From the NCBI GenBank assembly GCA_017511375.1, contig JAFWKJ010000007.1, positions 36,748 through 100,747 on the forward strand: a stretch of 64,000 nt of DNA, given 5' to 3'. This document shows positions 38,189-48,367 of the stretch, one piece after another (position 1 is the first letter of the stretch; each line of letters opens with the position of its first letter). The position numbers and the translations under genes were made by a program. The notes under the pieces are model-generated. The model ran no database searches and was not told the DNA's origin. It worked only from the letters and a program-made list of their open reading frames with translations. The stretch is from Bacilli bacterium. Lineage in GTDB: Bacteria > Bacillota_I > Bacilli_A > RF39 > UBA660.

Positions 38189-39628
38189 TTTAGATTGTGA
38201 TTTCTTAATTTCTTCTTCTGTCATAGGCATATAAGTATAACCTGATTTCGTTCTTCTATTAGAAACGAAAGACTCCTCAGAACGAATCGATGGACTAACA
38301 TCTATTTTGATAGAATCTTTCTGACTTTTAGGTTTACCAAGTTCTTCCATTACATAGGTTTCACAAGCAAAATTATCAGGATCAATTCCATGATCAAGAA
38401 AAGCAGAATGAATCTGATTCATAAGTTGTTTTTGGAAACGATCAGAATGTTCCCAGTAAAACTTTACTTGTTTCTTTCTAACTTCTTCTAAGATTTTCTT
38501 GTTAAAACTTAGAGTCCCCTTTTGGAAAGGAAATTCAACACGAAATGGCGCTTCTGGATTTTTATAATAGGCAAGAACTTTATCAAAGTTTTTCATTAAG
38601 TATCCATAAACATAACTTCTTAAATCTACATTCTTTAAATCATCTAAAGTATAACCTTTATTCTTTTTACAATATTCACTATTCGTAGTCGCATTCAAGT
38701 AATTTTTCACAGTCTCTTCCACAACACAACTAATAAATACATACTTATAAGGAACATCTCTTCCATTAACAAATAAATGTGTATCAATATGACTTAATAA
38801 CCATTTACCAGATTCTTCTTTAATACATTTTTCCATAAGTTCTTCTCTTTTTTGATTGAAAGAAGTTCTATCCTCTTCGTCCTCATGGTAAGGTTCTGAT
38901 CCATACCCCATCCATCCATCAATAGTTGCTGTACACAAAGGAGGCTCATAAACATGAGAACGTAAATTTTCCTCACGAACTATTTCTTTTAAGATCTCAA
39001 TATACGAACTTAAATGCTCTGTATCACAGTAGAAAACAAGATTATCATCTCTATCTCCATAACTATCATATTTAAAATAATACGCACTTCTTTTGGCGTT
39101 ACACTTTTGAATAAAACGTAACATAATTCTATGAGTAACAGTAGAATCACAATTTAAGTAAAGTCGATGTTTCACAACTTGCTTTTTAGAAAGGCCATAA
39201 TTCACACAATTGGAATGAATATGATTCCATCCAGAAAACTCCCCAATCGCATTCCAACGAAAAGATTCCATACCAGCTCTAAGAGTTTCATCTTTAATAG
39301 ATTCATAATCCATTATTTGCATCACTTCATCTCTAGTCTTTGGTTTTAAACCACTCACATATCGATATAACGCAAATAATTGATCTTTATATTCTGGTTT
39401 CACATAATTATTCTCAATCAAAATTCGTAAAGCCTTTTTCCAGTCATGAAATATTAAAGCATAAAATTGATCGCAATCAGCCTCATTATATTTACCTTTT
39501 ATTTTTTGATCACAATTACTTTTCACTAAACCTGAATAAAAAGAAGAATGATTGGCATATGCTTGAATTAATTTATCTTGTTCTTCTTTGGTTTGTAATG
39601 GTTTTTCCATTGACTCATATATAGTCAT
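38177..39628 (-). CDS. conserved hypothetical protein; possibly HopA1-like family
   Basis: GAGGGTG RBS. HRLYLNCDS, YYFKYDSYGDRDDNLVFYCD and PPLCTATIDGWMGYGSEP....RTSFNQKRE resemble my recollection of HopA1-family (PF17914) blocks. Unverified. Confidence 0.3.
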   Translation of the reverse strand: MTIYESMEKPLQTKEEQDKLIQAYANHSSFYSGLVKSNCDQKIKGKYNEADCDQFYALIFHDWKKALRILIENNYVKPEYKDQLFALYRYVSGLKPKTRDEVMQIMDYESIKDETLRAGMESFRWNAIGEFSGWNHIHSNCVNYGLSKKQVVKHRLYLNCDSTVTHRIMLRFIQKCNAKRSAYYFKYDSYGDRDDNLVFYCDTEHLSSYIEILKEIVREENLRSHVYEPPLCTATIDGWMGYGSEPYHEDEEDRTSFNQKREELMEKCIKEESGKWLLSHIDTHLFVNGRDVPYKYVFISCVVEETVKNYLNATTNSEYCKKNKGYTLDDLKNVDLRSYVYGYLMKNFDKVLAYYKNPEAPFRVEFPFQKGTLSFNKKILEEVRKKQVKFYWEHSDRFQKQLMNQIHSAFLDHGIDPDNFACETYVMEELGKPKSQKDSIKIDVSPSIRSEESFVSNRRTKSGYTYMPMTEEEIKKSQSKLGF

Positions 39629-39685
39629 AAATACACCCTCTCTAAAACGGCTTTATCATAACACTTTTCCTATGATCTGTCAAAG

Positions 39686-41716
39686 TTAGTTATAGATATA
39701 CAATTCATGTTGGCACCTTGTACAGGCAACATATAATAGATTTCTTTCATTCTTACGATAAGAATTATTTCGATCATTATATATAATGACACTATCAAAC
39801 TCTAAACCTTTTGCTGCATAAGCAGGAATAATAATACAATCTTTTTTAAATTTCTTAGAATCAGCATCTACTAAAGATACATCAATACCTTCTTTTACTA
39901 AATCATATATTTTTAAGGCTTCTTTATCATCTTTCGTAATAACAGCCAAAGATTTATATTCACTTTTTAAATGCTGCATATCCGCTAATAAACTCTCTTT
40001 CAAATTCAAAGTATTTTTACGAATAACAACCGGTTTATGATTCTCTTTACGAATCGCATTCACATGTCTTAAATTAAGAATCTTATTCGTATATTCTATA
40101 ATTTCAGGAGAAGATCGATATGTCTTTAATAACTCAATATACTTCGTATCTTCTCTAAATAAATTTTTTAAATCTTCTAAAGAACGATAATGATAATAAG
40201 GATTAATATTTTGATTAATATCTCCTAAAATAGTAAAATCTGCCTTCTTAAATATCTGATTAATAATAATATATTGAAGTCGATTATAATCTTGTGCCTC
40301 ATCAATAATAACTTGTTTAATTGTCCCTTCATATAAGAATCCTTCTAAAGATCCCTTTATATAGGCAAAAATCAAAGCATCTTCATAATGTAAAACATCT
40401 GTATCTACAAAGCATCGTATCTCTTTCTCTTCTAATTTCATTCTACAAAATTCGCTTTGATAAAACATTTTTACAATCTCTTTATAATCTTTTTTAAAAT
40501 TAGCATTTTCATAGAATAGTTTTTCAAATGTTTTTTTCTTTTTATTAGATCCTTTATAGAATTGAGAACTAAGTCTCTCTGCCATCTCTTCTATTCTTTC
40601 AAATAAAGGAAGTTTCTGATAACGATCATGTAACATTTCATTACAATCTTCTTTTAAGATAAGATTCTTATCTCCTTCAGTGAAATTATAAATGAACTTA
40701 CAATGATCTATATAGTTTTCCAAAAATGCATCTAAGTCATCAATGATTTTATCACTTTGTTTATAGGTCACCAATTCTGGATTTACTTCTTGATACGAAT
40801 AATAACGAGAAACAAAGTCAGAAAAACTTTCTATATTAGGATACTCAGGAATAAAAGAATATAAATAATCCGCAAAAGTAGTTTGTAAAGTATTATCTTC
40901 TCCTAAAGATGGTAATACATCTGAAATATACTCTGTAAAAATATTATTAGGAGAAAAAATAAGAATATTATTACTATTTAAATTCTTTAAACGATATAAA
41001 AGAAAAGCAATTCTATGAAGGGCAACGGTTGTCTTCCCAGAACCAGCAATTCCTTGCACAATAAGATTATGATCATCTAAATTACGAATGACTTGGTTTT
41101 GTTCTTGTTGAATCGTATTAACAACATTCTTCATACGATCACTAGACTCTGTCGCAAGTACTTCCTGTAATACTTCATCATCTATGTTTAAAGAATTATC
41201 AAAGACACCTAGTAGTTTTCCTTTTTCTATTTTATATTGTCTTTTACGTTTTAATTCCCCTTTATAAATTCCCCCAGGAGCCACATAAGAAGCAGGTCCT
41301 GTTTCATAATCATAAAACAAACTACATATAGGGCTTCTCCAATCATATAAGATATTATTTGTATTTTGATCTTTTAAATAAGTAAGAGACATGTAGATGT
41401 TATAGATCTCTCCACTCTCTTCTTTAAAGACAATACTCGCAAAATAAGGTTTATCTTTAATTTTACATAGTCTTTTAAAGTATTGTTGTTTTTGATAGGC
41501 TTTATCAGCTTCCATCGCAGTAGCATACATAACTTGTTGGGCTTCTCCTGCATCAAAACTACTAGCATTTTCCCACATCATTTTCTTAAATTCCACAAGG
41601 TTTTCCTCATCTTGAATGACATCGTTTCCTAATTCAGACAAAGTGTTTCCTAATAGTTTTGAAACTTTACGAAGTATCTTTTTTTCTTTTTGAAGTTCTT
41701 CTTCTGAAATAGCCAT
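39686..41716 (-). CDS. helD: UvrD-like helicase, HelD type
   Basis: N-terminal coiled-coil arm, then Walker A GIAGSGKTTVALHRIAFLLY, DEAQD and C-terminal LLYVACTR motifs. Confidence 0.75.
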   Translation of the reverse strand: MAISEEELQKEKKILRKVSKLLGNTLSELGNDVIQDEENLVEFKKMMWENASSFDAGEAQQVMYATAMEADKAYQKQQYFKRLCKIKDKPYFASIVFKEESGEIYNIYMSLTYLKDQNTNNILYDWRSPICSLFYDYETGPASYVAPGGIYKGELKRKRQYKIEKGKLLGVFDNSLNIDDEVLQEVLATESSDRMKNVVNTIQQEQNQVIRNLDDHNLIVQGIAGSGKTTVALHRIAFLLYRLKNLNSNNILIFSPNNIFTEYISDVLPSLGEDNTLQTTFADYLYSFIPEYPNIESFSDFVSRYYSYQEVNPELVTYKQSDKIIDDLDAFLENYIDHCKFIYNFTEGDKNLILKEDCNEMLHDRYQKLPLFERIEEMAERLSSQFYKGSNKKKKTFEKLFYENANFKKDYKEIVKMFYQSEFCRMKLEEKEIRCFVDTDVLHYEDALIFAYIKGSLEGFLYEGTIKQVIIDEAQDYNRLQYIIINQIFKKADFTILGDINQNINPYYHYRSLEDLKNLFREDTKYIELLKTYRSSPEIIEYTNKILNLRHVNAIRKENHKPVVIRKNTLNLKESLLADMQHLKSEYKSLAVITKDDKEALKIYDLVKEGIDVSLVDADSKKFKKDCIIIPAYAAKGLEFDSVIIYNDRNNSYRKNERNLLYVACTRCQHELYIYN

Positions 41717-41818
41717 AAAAAAATCAACTCCTAATCTTCTTTATCATATCATAAGAAAGTGCCTTTTTGCCCCTTTTCGAATCTATTTTACAGTAAATTA
41801 AAAAGGAGTTTTCACTCC

Positions 41819-43192
41819 TTAAGAATTATATTGATTAATTAAATCGGTAAACTCTTTTTGTATCTCCGCAAGTCTAGACTCTGTCTTAGCCTCAAATCTA
41901 ACAGTAATATTAGGTCCTGTATTACTAGCACGTACCAAAGCCCAACCATCATCATACAAAACTTTTATACCATCAATATCTGAGTAAGAATAGCCTTTTT
42001 CTTTTACATAAGCTTCCACCTTTTCAATAACATGAAATTTGATTGTATCAGGAGAAGAAAATTTAATTTCTTCTGTAGAATAATACTGATTGATACCAGC
42101 TAACAAATCCGTAACACTTTTATCCGTATGAGATAAGATTTCAAGAAGTCTAAGTCCTGCATATAATCCACTATCAAAACCAGGCCATCTATCTCTAAAA
42201 TAAACATGTCCTGACAACTCCCCACCAAAAGGCAAATCATCTTCTCTTACTTTTGCCTTTGTGTAAGAGTTTCCTGTACGATACATACAAACAGTTCCCC
42301 CTAGTTTTTCTACTTCATCACTAAAACTCTTAGAACATTTTACATCACATAAAAATCTCTTCTTAGATACTTTGTCAATAATATCTCGCACAATCATAAT
42401 CATATATTTATCAGTTGGAATAAAAGAAGAATCATTAGCAACAACCCCTAATCGATCTCCATCTCCATCAAAAGAAAGTCCCACATCTGCTTTTGATTCT
42501 AATACTTTATATTTTAATTGAGAAAGATTTTCTTCCACACAAGGATCTGGATGATGATTAGGAAAATGACCATCACTTTCCTCATTAATAAATTCTAAAT
42601 CAACAGGAAACAATTCATAGATTTTTCTAGCAATAATTCCTGTTGTACCATTTCCTGGATCAATAACAGCTTTTACTCTTCTCTCTCCAAAATGAAGATT
42701 TTCTGCAAATAATTTAATATAATCATTCGTAATATCATAATTAGTAATAGAACCTTCACCAGATATGAAATTACCCTCTATAATTTCATTTAAAAAGTCT
42801 TGAATTTCTTGTCCCTTACAATTACCAGATTCATCAAAAGCAAATTTAAATCCATTGTCATCTTTCGGATTATGAGAAGCTGTTACCATGACACCACTAT
42901 AGATTTTAAGTTTGATACAAGCATAATAGTACATAGGCGTTGTACATAAACCTAAAAAGATAACATGAACCCCCGTTTCAGTAATTCCTTTTATTAAAGC
43001 ATTGGTTAAAACTTCTCTACTTAAACGATTATCATGTCCCACAATACAAGTATCTTTTCCCATTCGTCTAATATGACTACCAAAGCCCAAACCAACTGTA
43101 TAAGCGGTATCTTCATCTAGCTCAGTAGGATAAATTCCACGGATATCATATCCTCTAAAAATCGTTTTACAAAGATCTTTCTTGATTTCCAT
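41819..43192 (-). CDS. phosphoglucomutase/phosphomannomutase family protein
   Basis: Phosphoserine loop TASHNPKDDNGFK, metal loop DGDGDR and sugar loop GGELSGH. Confidence 0.85.
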   Translation of the reverse strand: MEIKKDLCKTIFRGYDIRGIYPTELDEDTAYTVGLGFGSHIRRMGKDTCIVGHDNRLSREVLTNALIKGITETGVHVIFLGLCTTPMYYYACIKLKIYSGVMVTASHNPKDDNGFKFAFDESGNCKGQEIQDFLNEIIEGNFISGEGSITNYDITNDYIKLFAENLHFGERRVKAVIDPGNGTTGIIARKIYELFPVDLEFINEESDGHFPNHHPDPCVEENLSQLKYKVLESKADVGLSFDGDGDRLGVVANDSSFIPTDKYMIMIVRDIIDKVSKKRFLCDVKCSKSFSDEVEKLGGTVCMYRTGNSYTKAKVREDDLPFGGELSGHVYFRDRWPGFDSGLYAGLRLLEILSHTDKSVTDLLAGINQYYSTEEIKFSSPDTIKFHVIEKVEAYVKEKGYSYSDIDGIKVLYDDGWALVRASNTGPNITVRFEAKTESRLAEIQKEFTDLINQYNS

Positions 43193-43251
43193 AATAACCT
43201 CCTATTAATACTATTCAAAAACCCCTAGCCTATAACAATTATATCACAAAG

Positions 43252-43283
43252 AAAAAAATAGATACTAAAGAATTAGTATCTAT
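43252..43283 (-). terminator. intrinsic terminator after the pilin gene
   Basis: Minus RNA forms AUAGAUACUA-AUUCUU-UAGUAUCUAU followed by U7. It overlaps the stop codon. Confidence 0.7.
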
Positions 43284-45523
43284 TCCCAATTGGCGTAAAG
43301 CGGTGTTTCACAACACTTATTATAAAAGCCACCACAAAGTCTATCATGTATGGTATCAAAATCGAAATTTTCTTCATGACCATAAGTACCATTCACGGAT
43401 CCATTCGCAGCTTTCGAGAACCACTCTGCTCCCGTTTTACACCTAGTATATCCAGACTTTCCTAGATTAATATAATCTGGATTGTTCCAGTCAAATAAGT
43501 AACCATCACCATTAGAATTTGTTCCATTGGGATAAAAAGTAACCATCAATTTTTTATTAGAAGTGTTACACAAGAAATCACCACACTGTTTAACACCGCT
43601 ACCATGACTACTTTTTAGGTAACCACCATTCATATGATAAGTGAAACAAACAGGCGATTTCTCCCAATTGATATATAAGTCAACGGTACAAGACATCCTT
43701 TTCGTATTACAGAATTCATCTTGTCGATAATTGGTATCACAATCATATACTGTACCATCGCTTGTAATAAATTCTTGCTTACTCTTTGGTTTGTATTTTT
43801 CTTTTCCAATATTGACCCAAGTAGAGTTAAAAGGATCCCACAATCCATCTGAACCAATTTTTGTACCATATGAAACTCGTTGCGTATAAGGTTGCCCATC
43901 ATAAGAAATATAATCATCAACTTGCGTAAAAATACTATCATGAGCAGTTAATATAGCTCCTCCATTTACATGAAATACAAAATCAAGATAATTATTAACC
44001 CAGTTAGCAGAAAGAGTTAAAGTACAATCTTCATAATCAGGATTACATCTCCAGCCTTTACTCTCATTTCTCCAATCACAATGGTCTTTTAAATCATCAA
44101 AAAACAATTTAGTATCTTGATTAAATGTTTTACCATCATAAGCTGCTTTCCAAGCAGAAGCACCTTCACAATGAAATCCATCTTTATAAATGTTAACGCC
44201 ACCAGAGTAATTCCAGTTATACAAATCATCTCCGGCGCCACCACGTTCATAAATATGGAAACTCCTAGTGTTATTTTTTGTAACATAATCACCATCATAA
44301 CTAACATTACCACCGTGCGTACTTGCCAAATAGCCACCATTCATTTTATATTTCACTGTAATCGTATTAGGCGTAACCCAATTAGGCGCGATAAATGCAC
44401 GACAATCTCCATGAGAGGCATCGCAAAATTTACTTGCCATATAAATGACATGTTGATTATAATACTTTTCTTCCGTAACAGGTTCAATAGGTCCCCAACT
44501 ATTAGTAGAATAATCAAAATACTGAATCCCAATTAATTTCCATTCTTCACCACTCTTTGCATGATAACCAAGTTTACCCATATTTAAGTAATTAGGATTA
44601 TGCCAGTCATACAATCCATCTGTAGGATGGATTTTCCCATCATAATCAAAGCTTTCAAGAACTGGTGAAGATCCCTCAGCTGTTTTTATGACAACAATGT
44701 CATTTTCTACAGTAAGTTCTTCTCCTTCCTTAAGACTTAGTCCATGAGGCTCTATCATTTCTCCTCCAGTTGTCGTATAAACAATATGAACTTGATATGT
44801 TTTCCATCTTGCTTTCACAGTAATATCTTTTTCTGCTGTGGTAAATTCATTCACTTTATGTCCGTCAGGATCTATCCATCCATCAAACGAAGAGTGATCT
44901 TTCGTTGGAGTACACAAAACTCCCCATTTTGTAACTCCATCAGGAGCAACAGGTACCTCTTTAGGAGTATCACAACCTGTACCCCCTTGAGAGTCATAAG
45001 TTAATACATATTTTGAAAAAGTAATATCACAATCATTTGCAGCTTCATAAGCCTTATTTTCTTCATTTTGAGGAAAAACTACAGAAACATTACCAGCATC
45101 TAATTTTCCGCTAGCAGTTAAGTTATTTTTATTGCCACATCCCATATAGAAATTATAATAATACTTTCCATGCTCTTTTGATACTTCTACAAAGGAATTA
45201 TCACTCAGACAAGTCATATCATCATAATTATAATCTTTAATGTAGGAATGTTCTATTAATTCGGTCAAAAAAATATTATAGCACTGCCTTGTCCCTCTCT
45301 TTGCAACAGGTCTATCTTCTTCTTTAAGAAACATATCATCTTCATAAGCATCCGTATAAAGTTTAGCAGCAGAAACCATAGCATCACCATAAGTTTTTAA
45401 TTTTGATGTTTTACCATTTTCAGCAACCATATTAATCGTTGGCCATGCTAATGTACTTACGATTCCAATAATAACAATAACAACAAGTAATTCAACTAAT
45501 GTAAATCCCTTCATGTTTTTCAT
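43280..45523 (-). CDS. large modular type IV pilin/pseudopilin-like protein
   Basis: Class III signal MKNMKG|FTLVELLVVIVIIGIV. The ATG at 45523 follows AGAGG (track start 45541). A Listeria-Bacteroides-type repeat (YDSQGG...FDGW...ARW) is followed by four Cys-rich repeats of about 110-140 aa. Confidence 0.8.
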   Translation of the reverse strand: MKNMKGFTLVELLVVIVIIGIVSTLAWPTINMVAENGKTSKLKTYGDAMVSAAKLYTDAYEDDMFLKEEDRPVAKRGTRQCYNIFLTELIEHSYIKDYNYDDMTCLSDNSFVEVSKEHGKYYYNFYMGCGNKNNLTASGKLDAGNVSVVFPQNEENKAYEAANDCDITFSKYVLTYDSQGGTGCDTPKEVPVAPDGVTKWGVLCTPTKDHSSFDGWIDPDGHKVNEFTTAEKDITVKARWKTYQVHIVYTTTGGEMIEPHGLSLKEGEELTVENDIVVIKTAEGSSPVLESFDYDGKIHPTDGLYDWHNPNYLNMGKLGYHAKSGEEWKLIGIQYFDYSTNSWGPIEPVTEEKYYNQHVIYMASKFCDASHGDCRAFIAPNWVTPNTITVKYKMNGGYLASTHGGNVSYDGDYVTKNNTRSFHIYERGGAGDDLYNWNYSGGVNIYKDGFHCEGASAWKAAYDGKTFNQDTKLFFDDLKDHCDWRNESKGWRCNPDYEDCTLTLSANWVNNYLDFVFHVNGGAILTAHDSIFTQVDDYISYDGQPYTQRVSYGTKIGSDGLWDPFNSTWVNIGKEKYKPKSKQEFITSDGTVYDCDTNYRQDEFCNTKRMSCTVDLYINWEKSPVCFTYHMNGGYLKSSHGSGVKQCGDFLCNTSNKKLMVTFYPNGTNSNGDGYLFDWNNPDYINLGKSGYTRCKTGAEWFSKAANGSVNGTYGHEENFDFDTIHDRLCGGFYNKCCETPLYANWE

Positions 45524-45559
45524 TCCAAAACCTCTTTTCATTATACCTATCTTATATCA

Positions 45560-46072
45560 TTATATCACATTACTTAATATTCCAAAAGATATTAACATCA
45601 TAATAATACTTGCAATAAATATTCCAATAAGAGCCGCAAGTAATGCTTTCTTTCTATCCATTTCTAAAACCGCTGCAATCAAACATCCTGTCCAAGCCCC
45701 TGTTCCAGGAAGAGGAATTCCTACAAACAAGACAAGCCCCCAAAAACCATATTTTTCAATTTGCCCTTTATGTTTATCTACTTTTTTATCTAACCATTTA
45801 GCCACTTTAGAAAGACGTTTCTTCGTACGCATCCATTCTAATATTCGATTAATAAACCAAAGAATAAAAGGAACAGGGATAATATTACCAATCATAGAAA
45901 TAATATAGCTTTCTACTGGTTTTAATCCCAAAAGAGCCGCAGCAATTAATCCTCCCCTTAATTCCAAAATAGGCATTAAAGAAATAATAAATACAATAAG
46001 TTGCTTTCCAAAAGGAAGTCCCCCTAAACCACCAAGTACTCCCAACAACCATTCAACAAGTTTTTCTACCAT
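45560..46072 (-). CDS. small multidrug-export-like membrane protein (COG2426/PF06695-like)
   Basis: The PILELRGGLIAA motif and four TM helices. Confidence 0.6.
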   Translation of the reverse strand: MVEKLVEWLLGVLGGLGGLPFGKQLIVFIISLMPILELRGGLIAAALLGLKPVESYIISMIGNIIPVPFILWFINRILEWMRTKKRLSKVAKWLDKKVDKHKGQIEKYGFWGLVLFVGIPLPGTGAWTGCLIAAVLEMDRKKALLAALIGIFIASIIMMLISFGILSNVI

Positions 46073-46079
46073 ACGACAC

Positions 46080-47696
46080 CTAACTTTCTAATATTTGCAT
46101 AATGATAGGAACAACGTGTTTTTTTCTAGATACACATCCTTCAATAAACATTCCTTCGTGAACTTCTCTATCATATGCTAAATCCATAATATTTTGTGCT
46201 TTACGATTATAAATCACATAACTTCCATCTTTAATAATATCGGTAACATACAAAGCAACCAATTGATAATTGTTTCCTTCTGCTACCCTATCTAATGTCA
46301 TGACATATTCTTCTAATTCTTTTTCTATATCTGAGAAATTCATCGTAAAGAACTGCCCTATTCCAATCGTCCTATCATTGACCGTAAACAATTTATAATC
46401 ATGATATAATACATCTTCTTTACTTAATCCCTCTAATGAAGTTCCTGATTTCAATAATTCCATTCCATAAGAATAATATTCTACTCCCGCAACACGAGAT
46501 AATTCATCGACGGCCTCTACATCTTTTTCTGTCGTAGTAGGACTTTTTAAAATCAAAGTATCTGATAATATTCCTGATAACATAAGTCCTGCCATACTTC
46601 TAGGAATTAAAACATTCGCTTCTTTATATAAAGTATAAACAATAGTAGAAGTAGAGCCCACAACCATATTACGATAATTAATTGGATGATTAGTCGTAAT
46701 ACTTCCAACAGCATGATGATCAATGATTTCAAGAATATCTGCCTCTTCTAATCCTTCTACACTTTGTAGTTTTTCATTGTGATCCACAAGAATAACTCTC
46801 TTAGGATTCTTATCAGACAAATCCGTAATTTTAAGAAGCCCCAAGCATCGATTCTTACGATCAACAACTGGATAATTTGTATGTTTTTGTTTGTGATTAA
46901 TATCTAGGATATCTGCCACATAATCTACATCTCTAAAAGTAATAGGACGACTTAAAGTAATCATCATACGAATATAATTAGCTAAAGAAATAAGTCTAGA
47001 TACACGATAAGTATCATAAGGGGTACGTATTACATTGACACCATTTCTTCTAGCAATTTCAATATGTTCCTCTTTGATAATAGAATTACCGGATATAATA
47101 ATACATTTAATCCCAGAATTAACAGCATACTCAATAACACTATGTCTATCTCCTACAATCAATATATTATTCTTTTCTAACTTAACACTACTCAAGAAAG
47201 TGGTACTTCTATAAGCCGCAACAATTAGTTTCCCAATAATTTCATCACTACAACGAACGACTTCTTCTGCTTTTAAAACATGTAAAATATTATCATAAGA
47301 AGTATATAAATCCTCTACATTTTCATTTACAAACGTATAGGATAAATCTTTTAAGGTAACAAGTCCTAAAAATTGTCCATCTTTTTTACAGACAGGAATT
47401 CCTGTTAATTCAGAACCAAGCATAGCTTGATACCCATCATAAATACTTTTTGAATCTTCTATATAAAAACCTTTATGATAATTCACATCTTTTAATTGTA
47501 ATTTTACATCATTTAAATATTTTGGTTCTTTCACACCAAAAAAATCTAAAACAAATTTTGCTTCTTGATTGATAGTTCCCAAAACTCTTGCTTCTGTATT
47601 GTCTCCCAACTGATTTTTTAAATAAGAAAGAGCAATTGCTGAAACAACAGAATCTGTATCAGGCTTTTTATGTCCCAAAATATAAGTTTTCTTCAT
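46080..47696 (-). CDS. ppaC: CBS-domain-containing family II inorganic pyrophosphatase
   Basis: N-terminal GHKKPDTDSV DHH motif, an internal CBS/DRTGG-like insert, DHH (IIDHHAVG) and a DHHA2 region. Confidence 0.8.
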   Translation of the reverse strand: MKKTYILGHKKPDTDSVVSAIALSYLKNQLGDNTEARVLGTINQEAKFVLDFFGVKEPKYLNDVKLQLKDVNYHKGFYIEDSKSIYDGYQAMLGSELTGIPVCKKDGQFLGLVTLKDLSYTFVNENVEDLYTSYDNILHVLKAEEVVRCSDEIIGKLIVAAYRSTTFLSSVKLEKNNILIVGDRHSVIEYAVNSGIKCIIISGNSIIKEEHIEIARRNGVNVIRTPYDTYRVSRLISLANYIRMMITLSRPITFRDVDYVADILDINHKQKHTNYPVVDRKNRCLGLLKITDLSDKNPKRVILVDHNEKLQSVEGLEEADILEIIDHHAVGSITTNHPINYRNMVVGSTSTIVYTLYKEANVLIPRSMAGLMLSGILSDTLILKSPTTTEKDVEAVDELSRVAGVEYYSYGMELLKSGTSLEGLSKEDVLYHDYKLFTVNDRTIGIGQFFTMNFSDIEKELEEYVMTLDRVAEGNNYQLVALYVTDIIKDGSYVIYNRKAQNIMDLAYDREVHEGMFIEGCVSRKKHVVPIIMQILES

Positions 47697-47762
47697 ATTA
47701 CCTATCTTCTTTCTTATACCATTGTAACATAAAAGTCCAAAAGAAAAAAGAGTTTAAAAACT

Positions 47763-48260
47763 CTATTTCAATATAGATATAAATAATAAGGCTACTACGT
47801 TTGCTAAAGATTTAACTTCCGCTTTTGTAGAACAATATTTTTCATAGACAGAAGCCACATTATCCACGAAATCAACAATCCAACTTTCTAAGTAGCGAGG
47901 TGGTTTAAAAGTAAGAGGAAACATATGAGATCCAATAATATCTTCTTCCATCTCATTTAAAGAAAAATACTTTTTAGCGTTTTCAATTGCAATACTTGGA
48001 TGTACTCTATAACGTTTCAAACAATTCTTCTCTTGTTCTAATTCATCTGTCCAAAAATCATGCAACATCGCAGCTTTTGTTGCTGATTGATAATTTAATT
48101 TTAAAAATTTCGTAACTTTATAAGTATGATAGGCAACACGAAAACAATGATCATAGCGTTGAATGCCATGATGTGCATACCCTTTCATTTCTAAAACCTT
48201 AGGATGATTGATATATTCATCCAATATATTATAAAATTCATTAATATCTCGTCTTGTCAT
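47763..48260 (-). CDS. HD-domain phosphohydrolase
   Basis: H...HD pattern (HCFRVAY ... MLHDFW); 165 aa. Confidence 0.65.
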   Translation of the reverse strand: MTRRDINEFYNILDEYINHPKVLEMKGYAHHGIQRYDHCFRVAYHTYKVTKFLKLNYQSATKAAMLHDFWTDELEQEKNCLKRYRVHPSIAIENAKKYFSLNEMEEDIIGSHMFPLTFKPPRYLESWIVDFVDNVASVYEKYCSTKAEVKSLANVVALLFISILK

Positions 48261-48367
48261 AATAATTTTCCTTCCTCTAATATAATACCATAAGAAAGCA
48301 TCATCCTATTATTTATATGTCAAATTATTCTTTTCTTTTACAACTTTTTACAGCCCACAAAAAAGAG

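Noticed and set aside
39686-41716. UvrD-like helicase as a Gabija GajB-type or other defence helicase
   Set aside because: The long N-terminal coiled-coil arm and the overall length match HelD, the RNA polymerase recycling factor common in Firmicutes. The neighbouring 483-aa protein has no ATPase or OLD-nuclease motifs.
45513-45908. 131-aa plus-strand ORF, and the ORFs at 44117..44536 and 44744..45004
   Set aside because: They are antisense to the small-exporter gene and the pilin gene respectively. They are Ile/Phe/Asn-rich as expected for the reverse frames of AT-rich genes, and none has an RBS.
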